This document shows, piece by piece, positions 41,735 to 52,220 of a stretch of DNA of 64,000 nt. Position 1 is the first letter of the stretch; every line of letters begins with the position of its first letter. The notes beneath the pieces are model-generated. The model ran no database searches and had not been told where the DNA came from. It saw only the letters and a program-made list of their open reading frames with translations. The position numbers were made by a program, and so were the translations under genes. This stretch comes from a virus. The DNA is taken from positions 32,001 through 96,000 of IMG/VR virus record IMGVR_UViG_3300014613_000018; one strand, written 5' to 3'.

Positions 41735-43690
41735 TTAATCTTCCTTATTCCTTGTAAGTAAATTATTTATTAATTCGTTATCTTCAGCTAAACTACTGTA
41801 AAACATATCTAATGCTTTAATAGTAGGTTCGTCTACATGTTTGTGTTCAAGAACCTTATTTAAGCCTTTACGCATAAACATTAAAGCCTTCACAGTGTCA
41901 TCAATTACAACACCTTCATCTGCAAAATCATCTTTCTTATCTTGCTTTATAGCTGCTACCAATTCTTTATTATCAAGGATTTCGCCAATAAGAGTAGGAG
42001 AAATTTCACTAAATTGGAGGATGCTTATTGCTATTCCACGGGGCATGTCTGCCCAGAACTTATCAATCTTACTTAACCCTAACACTTCTGACCTGTAATC
42101 ATTGATAGTTAAAGCTCCAGCAGTTACTTCCATGATTGACAATTCCTTCTCATCCTTCTGTGACATTGTACTTAACTTAGTAAAGAATATTTCTGCAAGA
42201 AGATTGTCCTCTTTAACTTCGCCATCTTCATCATTAACAATGTAACCCTCTTGTACTGCCCATTCCTTAGTAAAAGTATCATTACAAAGATTAGTCATTA
42301 TTTCACCTTCAGGAATAAATACTGTAGTTGTACACAAATCCCTAGATGTATAGCTTGTAGCTCTATTTACTCCACCACCAGTACTGCCATAAAATATGGA
42401 GCTTATATTAAATGCTTCTCTAATAGTCTCTTCACACGCAGCTTGATACTTCATAAAACTTGCATCTTCAGATAATCCTACAGTGATAGGTTCAATCTTA
42501 ATTGTTGGGGGTTTAGAATTAGGTGAAAGCTGATTCTTACTACTCACACAAAGTAGCATTGCTCTACCTACATTTTCTCTACCTTTACCTTTAGTTTGGA
42601 AGTACTTCTTTAAGTTACCAATAGTATTATCATCAACAGCACCGCCTGCAATAGTAATGATAAATCTAGGCTCTGCTCTATTGTTAAAGAAATGTACATT
42701 AGTCTCAGCAGCATATCTTGCACCTAAAATTTGAGGTATTGCACCTGTCCAGTTAGATACACCATACACATCTGAAATCAGGTTATATTCCTTATATTTT
42801 AACAGCCTAGTAGCTCTGCTCTTTAATGGTGCATTATTACTAAAATCTTCATAGCTTCTTTTAGTCTTATCGTCAAATCGCTTAAAATACTTCTTTTTAC
42901 CATTCTTAATCCAGATATATCTATCTAAATTCTTACCTTCATAAATGTAAGTAGGATTGATTGTAGTGATCTTACTAATCTCACCTTTACGGTTATCTAC
43001 AATCTCAAATATTCCCTCACCTAAACCGAACTTACTAAAGTCAACTTCATAAGCAATTTGATAGAATTTTTTACCTTGTTCTACTCTTGAATTATACCAC
43101 TCAAGTAACTTTCTACCTTGCTCGTAATATTCCTTCTGTTCATCCTCTGAATAGTCAGCTACTTTCCTACCTTTAGTAGGTCTGAATGATTGACCTAACC
43201 CTACTGAGTTTCTTGCAGCAACACCTACACTTGACTTTAACCTTTGATTACCTTCTATCAATTCAGTCAGTGCTTCTTGGTCATAAGGCTTATCTACATA
43301 TTCACCTGCTGCTAAGTAATCTGCTTGAGTTTCAATGGTAACATCGGATGCAGGAAATGGAGGGTCTGTAGGGCTGTAATAAGACTTGTTTAATTTCTCA
43401 TACTGTTCTTGTAACTTATCATATTCCTCATTAGTTTTAGTAACCTTTAATGATGATTTAAGTACTGCTAATTTTTCCTTTTTATCTTCATCAAACTTAA
43501 CCTTTAACTTCTTGTTATCTGACTTCCACTTCCTATGTAAAGTCTTCCATGATTCAACATGAGTTTTCCGTTTAGATTCAGACTCATCAGTTTCCTTCTC
43601 TTGTAAAGAAAACTTTTGCATATACTTAGATTCATCCCATTCTCCTATAATGATAGATTCACTGTTATCACTGACTGTTTTACTCTTCAT
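41735..43690 (-). CDS. portal protein
   Basis: G.G.FEI, YGVS.W, FFNNRAEP..II, DASF..Y...I..AF.I, GALTINDYR..LGL; between TerL and head protein. Confidence 0.85.
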   Translation of the reverse strand: MKSKTVSDNSESIIIGEWDESKYMQKFSLQEKETDESESKRKTHVESWKTLHRKWKSDNKKLKVKFDEDKKEKLAVLKSSLKVTKTNEEYDKLQEQYEKLNKSYYSPTDPPFPASDVTIETQADYLAAGEYVDKPYDQEALTELIEGNQRLKSSVGVAARNSVGLGQSFRPTKGRKVADYSEDEQKEYYEQGRKLLEWYNSRVEQGKKFYQIAYEVDFSKFGLGEGIFEIVDNRKGEISKITTINPTYIYEGKNLDRYIWIKNGKKKYFKRFDDKTKRSYEDFSNNAPLKSRATRLLKYKEYNLISDVYGVSNWTGAIPQILGARYAAETNVHFFNNRAEPRFIITIAGGAVDDNTIGNLKKYFQTKGKGRENVGRAMLLCVSSKNQLSPNSKPPTIKIEPITVGLSEDASFMKYQAACEETIREAFNISSIFYGSTGGGVNRATSYTSRDLCTTTVFIPEGEIMTNLCNDTFTKEWAVQEGYIVNDEDGEVKEDNLLAEIFFTKLSTMSQKDEKELSIMEVTAGALTINDYRSEVLGLSKIDKFWADMPRGIAISILQFSEISPTLIGEILDNKELVAAIKQDKKDDFADEGVVIDDTVKALMFMRKGLNKVLEHKHVDEPTIKALDMFYSSLAEDNELINNLLTRNKED

Positions 43691-43759
43691 TTAATTCCTT
43701 TCTTTAATACAATTCTAAAATACCCTGTCGTAATCTATTTGCTGCAATTATTTAAATTC

Positions 43760-44866
43760 CTAAATTTTATCAAGCCATTGTTCATATACCCTCGTTGCAA
43801 CTTGTGCGGCCATCACTGGTGGAACGGACATTCCTATTAGATAATGAGGATTACACCCAACAAAATTGTAATCTGTTGGAAAAGTACCTGCCCGTATAAG
43901 TTCTTTTGCATTTAATTGTCTTTTAATAGCATAATGCCAACTTCCGTGATGAGGATCAGCAGCAATAGTTGGTATTACTATACAAGGTGAAGTTTTATTA
44001 TCATTAAAAAAAGAACCTGTCGGGTGGTATTCTGAAAAACTATGTCCTGGTTTGGCTAAATCCCACAAAGTAGAAACCTTGGTGTGCACTATAGTTGACT
44101 GATCACAAACATCTTCAATTTCTGAAAAAACAATTTTGCTCTCATTAAACTCTAACTGAAGCACCGGGATTGTACAAAACAAATCTACAAAGATACCTGT
44201 ATACAAATCCTTCCGTATAGCATAAAAGAAAACTCTTTCTCTGCGCTGAGGCACACCCATTTTAGAAGCATTAAGTAATTTAAAACCTACATAGTAACCA
44301 GCAAAGTCAAATGCTCTGCGGATTTCAGCTACATACTTTTCAGCATCTCCTAACAACAAACCTTTAACATTCTCAGCAATTACTACCTTTGGTTTAAGTT
44401 TCTCGGCAAGGTCAATAAAGTCAAAAAATAGAGTATCTAGTACTTGGTCAGCCTGTCCTTCTCTAAACTTCTTTTCCTTACCCCAATCCTTATCACGATT
44501 ACCAGCCATGCTAAATGATGAACACGGAGGGGAACCATCTAAAATATCCAAGTTATACAATTCTTCCGGTAAATCTTCTCTAAGCTTAAATGTCTGGATG
44601 GGTTCAAGATAACTATACTTCGGATGATGGTTTGCTATATATGCTTCCATCATTTTTGGGTCTATCTCATTACAACCTATAACATCAAATCCTGCCAGCT
44701 TATAGCCCATAGTAGAACCACCGCCACAAGCAAAACAAGAGAATACTTTCCCTTTATCCTTCTTAAAATTAGTATCTTTTAGTGTCCACACATAAGGAAA
44801 CCGATGCTTTTCAGACTGATATAATTTTATTTTGTTATTTCTTACTCCTCTTTTAGCTACACCCAT
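43760..44866 (-). CDS. C5-cytosine DNA methyltransferase
   Basis: FACGGG (I), GSPPCSSFS (IV), ENVKG (VI), VPQRRER (VIII), GMSVPP (X). Confidence 0.95.
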   Translation of the reverse strand: MGVAKRGVRNNKIKLYQSEKHRFPYVWTLKDTNFKKDKGKVFSCFACGGGSTMGYKLAGFDVIGCNEIDPKMMEAYIANHHPKYSYLEPIQTFKLREDLPEELYNLDILDGSPPCSSFSMAGNRDKDWGKEKKFREGQADQVLDTLFFDFIDLAEKLKPKVVIAENVKGLLLGDAEKYVAEIRRAFDFAGYYVGFKLLNASKMGVPQRRERVFFYAIRKDLYTGIFVDLFCTIPVLQLEFNESKIVFSEIEDVCDQSTIVHTKVSTLWDLAKPGHSFSEYHPTGSFFNDNKTSPCIVIPTIAADPHHGSWHYAIKRQLNAKELIRAGTFPTDYNFVGCNPHYLIGMSVPPVMAAQVATRVYEQWLDKI

Positions 44867-46794
44867 TAAAACACCATTGCACTACTACTAAATTTTTCAT
44901 TAGGCTTAATATCATTATCTAAGCTCCAGCTTTCATCTAATATTGGTAAATCATACTTTGATAATACTATACTGTTATACACACTACCTGCCATTCCTTG
45001 TGCTACATCATCACTACCATACTTATTCTTTTCAACTTTTTTACCATTCTTTTCTAATCCATAAATCTCTCTGTTAAAATCTTCAAACTGAAAGAAGTCT
45101 AATCTATCTTCAATTATACACCATTTAAGATTATCAAATAAATCTTGACTCTTGCCATCTACACTTAATTTTTCAGCATTTAATCCTTCAGCTTGAAACG
45201 CTTGTAACATTTCTAAACTCTGATAAGTGTCTGCTGTAATCAAGCCTATTGGAAACTTTTTAATCTTCCATAACCACCATACTAAATCCCTTATTGTTCT
45301 TAACTGAAAAGGATTAACTTGACTAGGCTTGAACCTGTAAATTAAATCTATCTTAATATTAGCAGTCTTTTTATCTGTTAGCCCTGTAGGGTGAGACATT
45401 ACCAGCACAGCACTGTCGCCATTCTCGGCTAAATCAATATGAATAGCATACCACGCCCAATCTTGCCTAATTATATCTATAACATTACTAAAATCAGGAA
45501 TCTCATTATCTAGGCTATACTTGGGCATTGGATGTAACTCTTTTTCAGGTATAGGTGAAGTCCTATTTCTGTTAACTTTTTGAGGTAAAATTGATTGTGA
45601 ATCTGCCCACCATTGTCCAACTGCACTTGTAGGTCTTCCTGCATAATCCCTCAATCCAATTTCAGGTCTATCTCTAAACACATCATAATACTGATTGCTG
45701 CCTTCAACAGGGCCATAGGGAATCCTTAATATACTATCATCTAAGTTCTTGTTGTGTAACTTCCTTCGCTTGTAAACTTCATCATTAACTATTTTTTTCT
45801 TTTCAATATCAAAATGAAAATGAGGATATACTGGATTTCCTTCTGCATCTAAAAGATCAGGGTTAAATTCAGGTAGTTTAGCTTGCCACACAGGTCTAAG
45901 TTGCACCGTGTAAACTGTAGAGTCATTAGCTACTCTCTTAAAACTTCTCTGAAGAAAATCGTCTTTGTGCTCGGGATTGCCCACACAACACACATGTCCG
46001 TTATCTGCAAACCTACTTACTGTTCTTGCCTTCAATGCTGCATGTAACACTTCAGCTTGGTCTGTGTCTTCATCAGTAAGAGTTCTATCTTGTGCTGACT
46101 GAAACTTAGTGACCTCATCAATAATCGAAAATATAGTATCAAGGCCCAAAACACTATATTCAGAAGAACTACCGGGAACAATCGAAATGTTTTTATACAG
46201 CTTACCTATCTTATGGTTCTTTCTGTTTCTCGGCATAGCGTCAAATACTACCCTGCTCATTATTTGTGGGTCAGGTAGATAAAACTCATTAAACCATTCA
46301 CTTTGTAAAACAGACATATTTAACTTCTGGAATACCACCTCTTTAGCATTATCTTCTGTTCTTGACAGCATAACAATACTAATTTTTGAATTAGGTAATA
46401 GTTTAGCTCCAAGATTATTAAGTTCTTTAATAGGATTCCTGAGACAAAGTAAGTGTTGTGCCATAAAGCCGCACATCCAATTTAACTTTGTGCTTTTACC
46501 AGTACCTACAGCCTCACTAAAATAAGACTCTCTTTTAATAGGAGCTACTCTATAAGGATCGGTACCAAATATTGAAACCATGTCATCCATTACACATTGA
46601 TAACAACCTAATCCTGTACTTGGATTATACTGAGCATCCATAAATCTAGGGGATTCTATATACTCAACAATATTGATAGGTGTGTGCTCCCAAGTTTCCT
46701 CTTCTTTATCGGTAAACACACCTGCATCATTAGCAAAGGCATCTAAAGCAGAATCTATTCCTAGATAGTCTAATTCAACATTATGTTTTTTCAC
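44866..46794 (-). CDS. terL: terminase large subunit
   Basis: Walker A VGTGKST, Walker B IIDE, RNase H-like HIDLA...D, ADTYQS, DDVAQG. Confidence 0.9.
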   Translation of the reverse strand: MKKHNVELDYLGIDSALDAFANDAGVFTDKEEETWEHTPINIVEYIESPRFMDAQYNPSTGLGCYQCVMDDMVSIFGTDPYRVAPIKRESYFSEAVGTGKSTKLNWMCGFMAQHLLCLRNPIKELNNLGAKLLPNSKISIVMLSRTEDNAKEVVFQKLNMSVLQSEWFNEFYLPDPQIMSRVVFDAMPRNRKNHKIGKLYKNISIVPGSSSEYSVLGLDTIFSIIDEVTKFQSAQDRTLTDEDTDQAEVLHAALKARTVSRFADNGHVCCVGNPEHKDDFLQRSFKRVANDSTVYTVQLRPVWQAKLPEFNPDLLDAEGNPVYPHFHFDIEKKKIVNDEVYKRRKLHNKNLDDSILRIPYGPVEGSNQYYDVFRDRPEIGLRDYAGRPTSAVGQWWADSQSILPQKVNRNRTSPIPEKELHPMPKYSLDNEIPDFSNVIDIIRQDWAWYAIHIDLAENGDSAVLVMSHPTGLTDKKTANIKIDLIYRFKPSQVNPFQLRTIRDLVWWLWKIKKFPIGLITADTYQSLEMLQAFQAEGLNAEKLSVDGKSQDLFDNLKWCIIEDRLDFFQFEDFNREIYGLEKNGKKVEKNKYGSDDVAQGMAGSVYNSIVLSKYDLPILDESWSLDNDIKPNEKFSSSAMVF

Positions 46795-47513
46795 TTCTTA
46801 CCTCGTTTAGCCTTACCTCTAACAAGATCATTTACATCTTCCATATCATTGACCTCTTCATACTCAGCATCAGTAATCATTTTAGGTATATCTTCAGGTT
46901 CAGCAAACAGTAGCCTTTTCATATCATTAAAATCAGTCTCAATTAAAGGATAATCCTTCTGTATCCTCTTTAACCTTTTAGCTACACTTGCTATTTCATC
47001 GTCGGTGAAATTTTGCTGGCGAAGTGCAAGATAAAAAATCTTTGTAAGTTGCATTAAACTAGCATGATGCACCTCTAAACCTATCCTTTTAGTGTTCATT
47101 TGTGACTCTTCAATTTTAGCTTTAGAAGTTAAATGCTGTGTTAACATCCTTGAATGTCTACCAAGTTTATCCAGTATCTCTACTCTACTAACCTTTGCTT
47201 CTAATCTTTTTAACCTGTTAAGTAGTTTATTATAAGTAGTTTCGGGTATCTTTGTGTAGGCTCTGTTATCACTATAATCAGTTTCAACAAATTCCTCTAA
47301 CTCTAATTCTAAATCTTCATCAGTAGGAAGTTTATCTAATTCCTCTTCTAACCTTGCAATAGTACTCCACGCATGTTGAATAGCTGGCTGTACTTCATCT
47401 AACTCTATATCAAGTTCAGCATAAGCCTTAATCTGTTTCTCTAATCGTTCTCTTTGTTTTCTGAAGGAAGCATATATCTCTTTTTCTTCAGGTAAATCTT
47501 TAGGTCTTCCCAT
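46791..47513 (-). CDS. putative terminase small subunit
   Basis: Helical protein starting MGRPK, overlapping TerL start; positional inference. Confidence 0.45.
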   Translation of the reverse strand: MGRPKDLPEEKEIYASFRKQRERLEKQIKAYAELDIELDEVQPAIQHAWSTIARLEEELDKLPTDEDLELELEEFVETDYSDNRAYTKIPETTYNKLLNRLKRLEAKVSRVEILDKLGRHSRMLTQHLTSKAKIEESQMNTKRIGLEVHHASLMQLTKIFYLALRQQNFTDDEIASVAKRLKRIQKDYPLIETDFNDMKRLLFAEPEDIPKMITDAEYEEVNDMEDVNDLVRGKAKRGKK

Positions 47514-47553
47514 TGTATACTATATTCCTACCTTTCTATTTCAATATACAAGT

Positions 47554-47594
47554 TAAGCTGAATTTACTTACGGTTGCAGATAAATCCAGCCTAA
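47554..47594 (-). other. 13-bp stem-loop upstream of packaging genes
   Basis: TAGGCTGGATTTA/TAAATTCAGCTTA with GU pairs on - strand. Confidence 0.6.
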
Positions 47595-47608
47595 ATTGCA
47601 GACTAATC

Positions 47609-48028
47609 CTATTCCTTTCTTAGTTGTACAGTAAAGCCTAAATGATAACCTTTGCCACCACCTACAATCTTATCTACTTCTGCAACTAAGTTTTCTGGAT
47701 ATGTATAAATAGCTTGATTAAAGTTTTTCATATAGCGTTTTCTTATTCTACCATCCTTTAATACTACAGTAAAATCAATGTTTCTTGGAATATAACCTAC
47801 ATCATTACCTTTATACTCTAATCTAATAGCATAATCATCATAAGGATTATTAGCTTCTTTAATATAGTCTATTTCTTTATCTTCTCCTGATGTTCCTTTC
47901 TGCATAAGTTTAATTGCATCTTGTCTATGCTTATTTGGATTATTAGTACACACAAAGGAAGTACCTGAAGCATGAAACTCGATTGTAGCACCTTCATCTA
48001 ACCATGTATGGATTGTACTACTGTTCAT
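47609..48028 (-). CDS. HIRAN-domain protein
   Basis: GTSF, EANNPYDDYAI, VGYIPR. Confidence 0.85.
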   Translation of the reverse strand: MNSSTIHTWLDEGATIEFHASGTSFVCTNNPNKHRQDAIKLMQKGTSGEDKEIDYIKEANNPYDDYAIRLEYKGNDVGYIPRNIDFTVVLKDGRIRKRYMKNFNQAIYTYPENLVAEVDKIVGGGKGYHLGFTVQLRKE

Positions 48029-48335
48029 TAGCTACCTTTTCCTCACTTACCTGTTTCTCTTTCATTTGACGCATTTTCTGTTCTCTTACAAGTAATCTAA
48101 AGTTACTTAATGCACACCTTTTAGCACTGCAACCTACTGGCATTTTCTTCTCTACAGTTTCACCATCTATTACTTCAGTGCCTACAGTGTGCAATCCTAC
48201 ATACCCTCTACCATAACATTTAGTACACTTAGGATTAGCTAACATTGTAAATAATCCTTGCCAATCCTCACAAGTTTCCAGCTTCTTAGAAGTAGGAGAT
48301 TTAACATCATCATTAATTACAGTTTCATCATTCAT
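48018..48335 (-). CDS. small zinc-finger protein
   Basis: CTKCYGRGYVG...C...C. Confidence 0.55.
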   Translation of the reverse strand: MNDETVINDDVKSPTSKKLETCEDWQGLFTMLANPKCTKCYGRGYVGLHTVGTEVIDGETVEKKMPVGCSAKRCALSNFRLLVREQKMRQMKEKQVSEEKVANEQ

Positions 48336-49117
48336 TTCTCAATCCCTTCAGGTACTTTAATCCACACACCACCGAATATTTTTACTATCTCTTTAATCTG
48401 ATCATCATGTAAGTATCTACACAGCCTACCAAACATTGAGCTACCATCAATTTCTAATTTATCAATATGTATAGTATCTCCATATGCTTCTCTACAAGTT
48501 ATCAATACTTGGTCATATACTTCTCTTGCTGCTACTCTGCCTAATCCAAACTCATTTTTAAGTAACTTCATTGCTTCTGTTACATTCATGTTTATATCAC
48601 TGGAAAAAACTAAGGCTTTTAGATGCTCATAAGCTAATCCTTTAATCCCTCCTAATTCTACTGCATTTTGAGTACTAATATGCTTCTGTAACAAGCTAGT
48701 ATATCCTTTCTCTACTAATTCAAAAGTATTCCAATAATCTAAATCTAATGGGTCTACTAATATTTCATTTTTATTATCTCTATTTCGCTTTACATAATAA
48801 TTTATACTACGATGCTTAATGCTCATTCTATAGTAACCTTCACTAGGCTTACCTATAGGTCGCCAACCGGGAATGATTTCAGTTAACATTACTTCAATTA
48901 AGTGTGCTTCTAAATCCTCATCAAACACACTATGGTTAAACCTTAAACTATAAGCCTTAACTGCACCATTAAGAATAGGCAGTAAATCCTTCATTATAGC
49001 ATTTCTTAATGTTATCTTTTCCTTTTTATCATTACATCTATAGTAATCAATATTTAACTTTTCAAAGAAATCCTTATCTACTATGTTACACATTTTAACC
49101 ACACTTACTATAACCAC
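48332..49117 (-). CDS. putative divergent sigma-factor-like protein
   Basis: Region 2-like LRNAIM..LLP...EDL...; size and context; weak. Confidence 0.4.
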   Translation of the reverse strand: MVIVSVVKMCNIVDKDFFEKLNIDYYRCNDKKEKITLRNAIMKDLLPILNGAVKAYSLRFNHSVFDEDLEAHLIEVMLTEIIPGWRPIGKPSEGYYRMSIKHRSINYYVKRNRDNKNEILVDPLDLDYWNTFELVEKGYTSLLQKHISTQNAVELGGIKGLAYEHLKALVFSSDINMNVTEAMKLLKNEFGLGRVAAREVYDQVLITCREAYGDTIHIDKLEIDGSSMFGRLCRYLHDDQIKEIVKIFGGVWIKVPEGIEK

Positions 49118-52100
49118 ACTCTGTACAAGTGAGGCAACCTTCTACTCGCTGTAAAGTATATTCCTTACAGTTTGGGCATTGTTTACTTTTAGGTAATTCT
49201 ATAATTTCATCTATTGACTTGCAAGTATAATCTTGAGTTGCAACTTCAATATCCTCATTTAAATCTAACTTCCTAAAATGCTTATGAATAACTGTGCCTA
49301 TTGCATCCAGTATACTCTTCAAACACTTCCTTTTACCTCTCCTATACTCATAAAAGCTACCTGCATTAGGAGACTCATACTTACAAAATTCATCAAACAA
49401 ATGGTCTGCTCTAATGCCTCTACGCCACAATGAAGTAATAGACCTTGATAATCCATCTAAGTATTCTTGATCCTTAGAATTATTCACCGTAAAGAATATT
49501 TCAAAAGGCTCTTCCTCTAAATCATTGATGGTAATGTACATTGGTGATTCATTAGGATTAAACTTAACTTTGTAAGTGCATCCTTCTAAATCATTAGGTC
49601 GTTTTTTAGGATTAGCCACATAATCTATTACTTCAATGTCATAATCATAATCATCATTATCATCATCTAAATCTTCAGTATCCCATGAAACAGGCTGATC
49701 ATCTCTGCAACCATCTCTGTAAACTGTAACACCTTTAATACCATTTTTCCAACAGTACATATAAACATTACTTACATCTTCTACTGTAGCATCTTTTGGT
49801 AAGTTTACAGTTTTACTTATAGCACTGTCACAATGATAGGCAATAACCTTTAACACAGCTAAATGATCATTGACTGTAAGTGAATACTTTTGCTCTGTAC
49901 CGCCAACAAATCTAGCATGATTAGGAAACTCGGTAAGATTATTGTCAACCATATACTTATCTATTATAGGATTGCCTACTACATCTCTACCTAAGTCCTC
50001 ATTACGCACGACTGTAGGAGCAAAGTGTGGCTCAATCCCATAACTACATCCAATTAATCCACTAATCGTACCTGTAGGAGCAAATGATAGTAATGTAGAA
50101 TTTCTTCTAGGAGCAAAGTCTGCTTTATCAGGGTCATAGTCAGGGAATGTACCTTTAGTTAAGGCTAATTGTTCACTTGCAAATTTAGCTTCATTATAAA
50201 AGGAAGTCATTAAATCTTCAAGAAACTCTAAACATTCAGGATTGTCACCATATGGTATTCCTAATAGAAACAATGTATCAGCAAGTCCAGTAAACCCTAA
50301 ACCAATAGGTCTAGTCTTTTTAGCTACCTCTTCTATTTCAGGAATTGGGTAAGAAGCTAAATCAATAATACTATCCATGTGCTTAACCATTTTGTTTACT
50401 ACAGACTTAAATTTATCGTAATCAAATCCATTAGTACCCTCGATTACAAAGCTAGGTAGGATAATAGAAGCCAATAAACATTGACCATAAGGTACTAAAG
50501 GCTGCTCCCCACAATTTGCTAAGACACTACCTTGACAGTAGTTATGGTGAGGGGGAACATGCATCTGGTAATCCCATACCTCTTCTCTACCTAATGGTTG
50601 AATACTTGTTACAAAAATTCGTACCTTATTCCGAATTGATTTTTTAATATTATTTTTCTTAGTGGCTGCAAAAAATCCTATTTTAACTTGAAAAATTTCT
50701 GCATAGCTATTGGGAGTCTGAACATTATAACTTTTCTTACTTACATAGTCTCCATTTTCCCAGTGTACTGTTGCAGCTTTATTTTCACAGATAGACGCAT
50801 GAATATTCATGCTACCTAAAATTAGTTGAATATGTTCAGCTAATTTTGAATTAGTAGTTTTTAATGAAATTTGTCCATGATGATTGCAAGAGCCGTTAGC
50901 TGCATATACCCCTCTAAGAAATGAGTGTGGTCTTCCTAACAGTACATCTTCTGGTAAATTCCTGCACCAAACAGGATACTCTAAAAAATCTATATTAATT
51001 TTTGCTTCTACATCTTTACGATTCATATAATAAGCCCCTGAGTCTTGCCTATGAAATCCAAACTCCTCAAGCATACTTGCAACTTCGGGTTCCTTATCGG
51101 GATTAAGCTTTACGGAAACACCTTGCCTTTTACCACAAATAAAACCATCCCCAAATAAAAATCCTCGTACCATTTCATTAACTTGTACAAAATTGCTATA
51201 ACTACAAGCAGTTAATTCTTCCCACTCGCTAGGCTGCATTAACTCTTTATTTAAACAATACTGTGCTTGACATTTTGTACCATCTTTTAGAATAATTTCG
51301 TGATTAGGAGTACACTTTATCTTCAACCCAGTATTAGTACTCAGTTCCACAATATTTTGAATACCAGTTTTCCACGACCTCCAACTTTCAGCATTTTGAT
51401 CTGTAATATACCGCAATCTATCCACATCCCACAGTAAGGTATCTGCTGGCTGACATGGATTCGTTTCTTTAATCTCATACTTATACCTTAAAGGAAACTT
51501 ATTATTGATAGTATCAAGGAATACAACTCCGGGTTCAGCAGATTTCCAAGCACACTCACAAATTTCATCCCACAATTTCCTAGCACTAACTGTTCTATAA
51601 ACCTTGTTCGCAAATACTAAGTTCCAATTAAAATCACCTTCCACTGACCTCATAAATTCATCTGAAACACCTACAGAAACATTAGTATTAGTCCACCTTT
51701 TATGGTCTGTCTTAGCATGAATAAATTCTTCAACATCAGGGTGATCTACATTCAGTATACTCATTTTAGCTGCTCTTCTTGACCCACCTTGTCGTATGGT
51801 TTCAGCATATCCTTCATGAGCATCTATGAAACTACAAGCACCACTACTACCATGTTCTGCACCCTGTACTGGAGCATCTTTAGGTCTTAATATTGAAAAG
51901 TTAGTACCTACTCCACCGCCTTTCGCATATACTTTAACTGTATCAGATTGACACTTCATTATTGCATCTAAGGAATCTTCTAACAGAGGTACAGTATTAC
52001 AATTCCCCGGCATATTGTTTCCATTTCCACCCATGTTAGATATGATTCTACCACCAAAGATACCATACTTGTTCATTAAAATTTGGAATATCTCTTCATC

Positions 52101-52220
52101 TTCAAATGAGATTCTTCTAAAAGTTTCCTCTATAGTTTCCTTAGTACCGTCTTCTTTAGTCTGTGCATATCTATCTTCAAATATTTTGTGTTGATATTCA
52201 GTAGTAAAATACTCTTCCAT
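49095..52220 (-). CDS. nrdJ: class II (adenosylcobalamin) ribonucleotide reductase with intein
   Basis: RQGGSRRAA, EPG, TNP|CGEQPL split by intein, RPIGLG, APTGTIS, AISKTVN, KGVTVYRDG, C-terminal TSCPD and zinc ribbon. Confidence 0.95.
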   Translation of the reverse strand: MEEYFTTEYQHKIFEDRYAQTKEDGTKETIEETFRRISFEDEEIFQILMNKYGIFGGRIISNMGGNGNNMPGNCNTVPLLEDSLDAIMKCQSDTVKVYAKGGGVGTNFSILRPKDAPVQGAEHGSSGACSFIDAHEGYAETIRQGGSRRAAKMSILNVDHPDVEEFIHAKTDHKRWTNTNVSVGVSDEFMRSVEGDFNWNLVFANKVYRTVSARKLWDEICECAWKSAEPGVVFLDTINNKFPLRYKYEIKETNPCQPADTLLWDVDRLRYITDQNAESWRSWKTGIQNIVELSTNTGLKIKCTPNHEIILKDGTKCQAQYCLNKELMQPSEWEELTACSYSNFVQVNEMVRGFLFGDGFICGKRQGVSVKLNPDKEPEVASMLEEFGFHRQDSGAYYMNRKDVEAKINIDFLEYPVWCRNLPEDVLLGRPHSFLRGVYAANGSCNHHGQISLKTTNSKLAEHIQLILGSMNIHASICENKAATVHWENGDYVSKKSYNVQTPNSYAEIFQVKIGFFAATKKNNIKKSIRNKVRIFVTSIQPLGREEVWDYQMHVPPHHNYCQGSVLANCGEQPLVPYGQCLLASIILPSFVIEGTNGFDYDKFKSVVNKMVKHMDSIIDLASYPIPEIEEVAKKTRPIGLGFTGLADTLFLLGIPYGDNPECLEFLEDLMTSFYNEAKFASEQLALTKGTFPDYDPDKADFAPRRNSTLLSFAPTGTISGLIGCSYGIEPHFAPTVVRNEDLGRDVVGNPIIDKYMVDNNLTEFPNHARFVGGTEQKYSLTVNDHLAVLKVIAYHCDSAISKTVNLPKDATVEDVSNVYMYCWKNGIKGVTVYRDGCRDDQPVSWDTEDLDDDNDDYDYDIEVIDYVANPKKRPNDLEGCTYKVKFNPNESPMYITINDLEEEPFEIFFTVNNSKDQEYLDGLSRSITSLWRRGIRADHLFDEFCKYESPNAGSFYEYRRGKRKCLKSILDAIGTVIHKHFRKLDLNEDIEVATQDYTCKSIDEIIELPKSKQCPNCKEYTLQRVEGCLTCTECGYSKCG
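50514..51455 (-). mobile_element. intein (314 aa) with LAGLIDADG endonuclease domain
   Basis: Starts CQPADT after TNP, block B CTPNH, GFLFGDG and FLRGVYAANG, block F VWD, ends VLAN before CGE. Confidence 0.9.
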
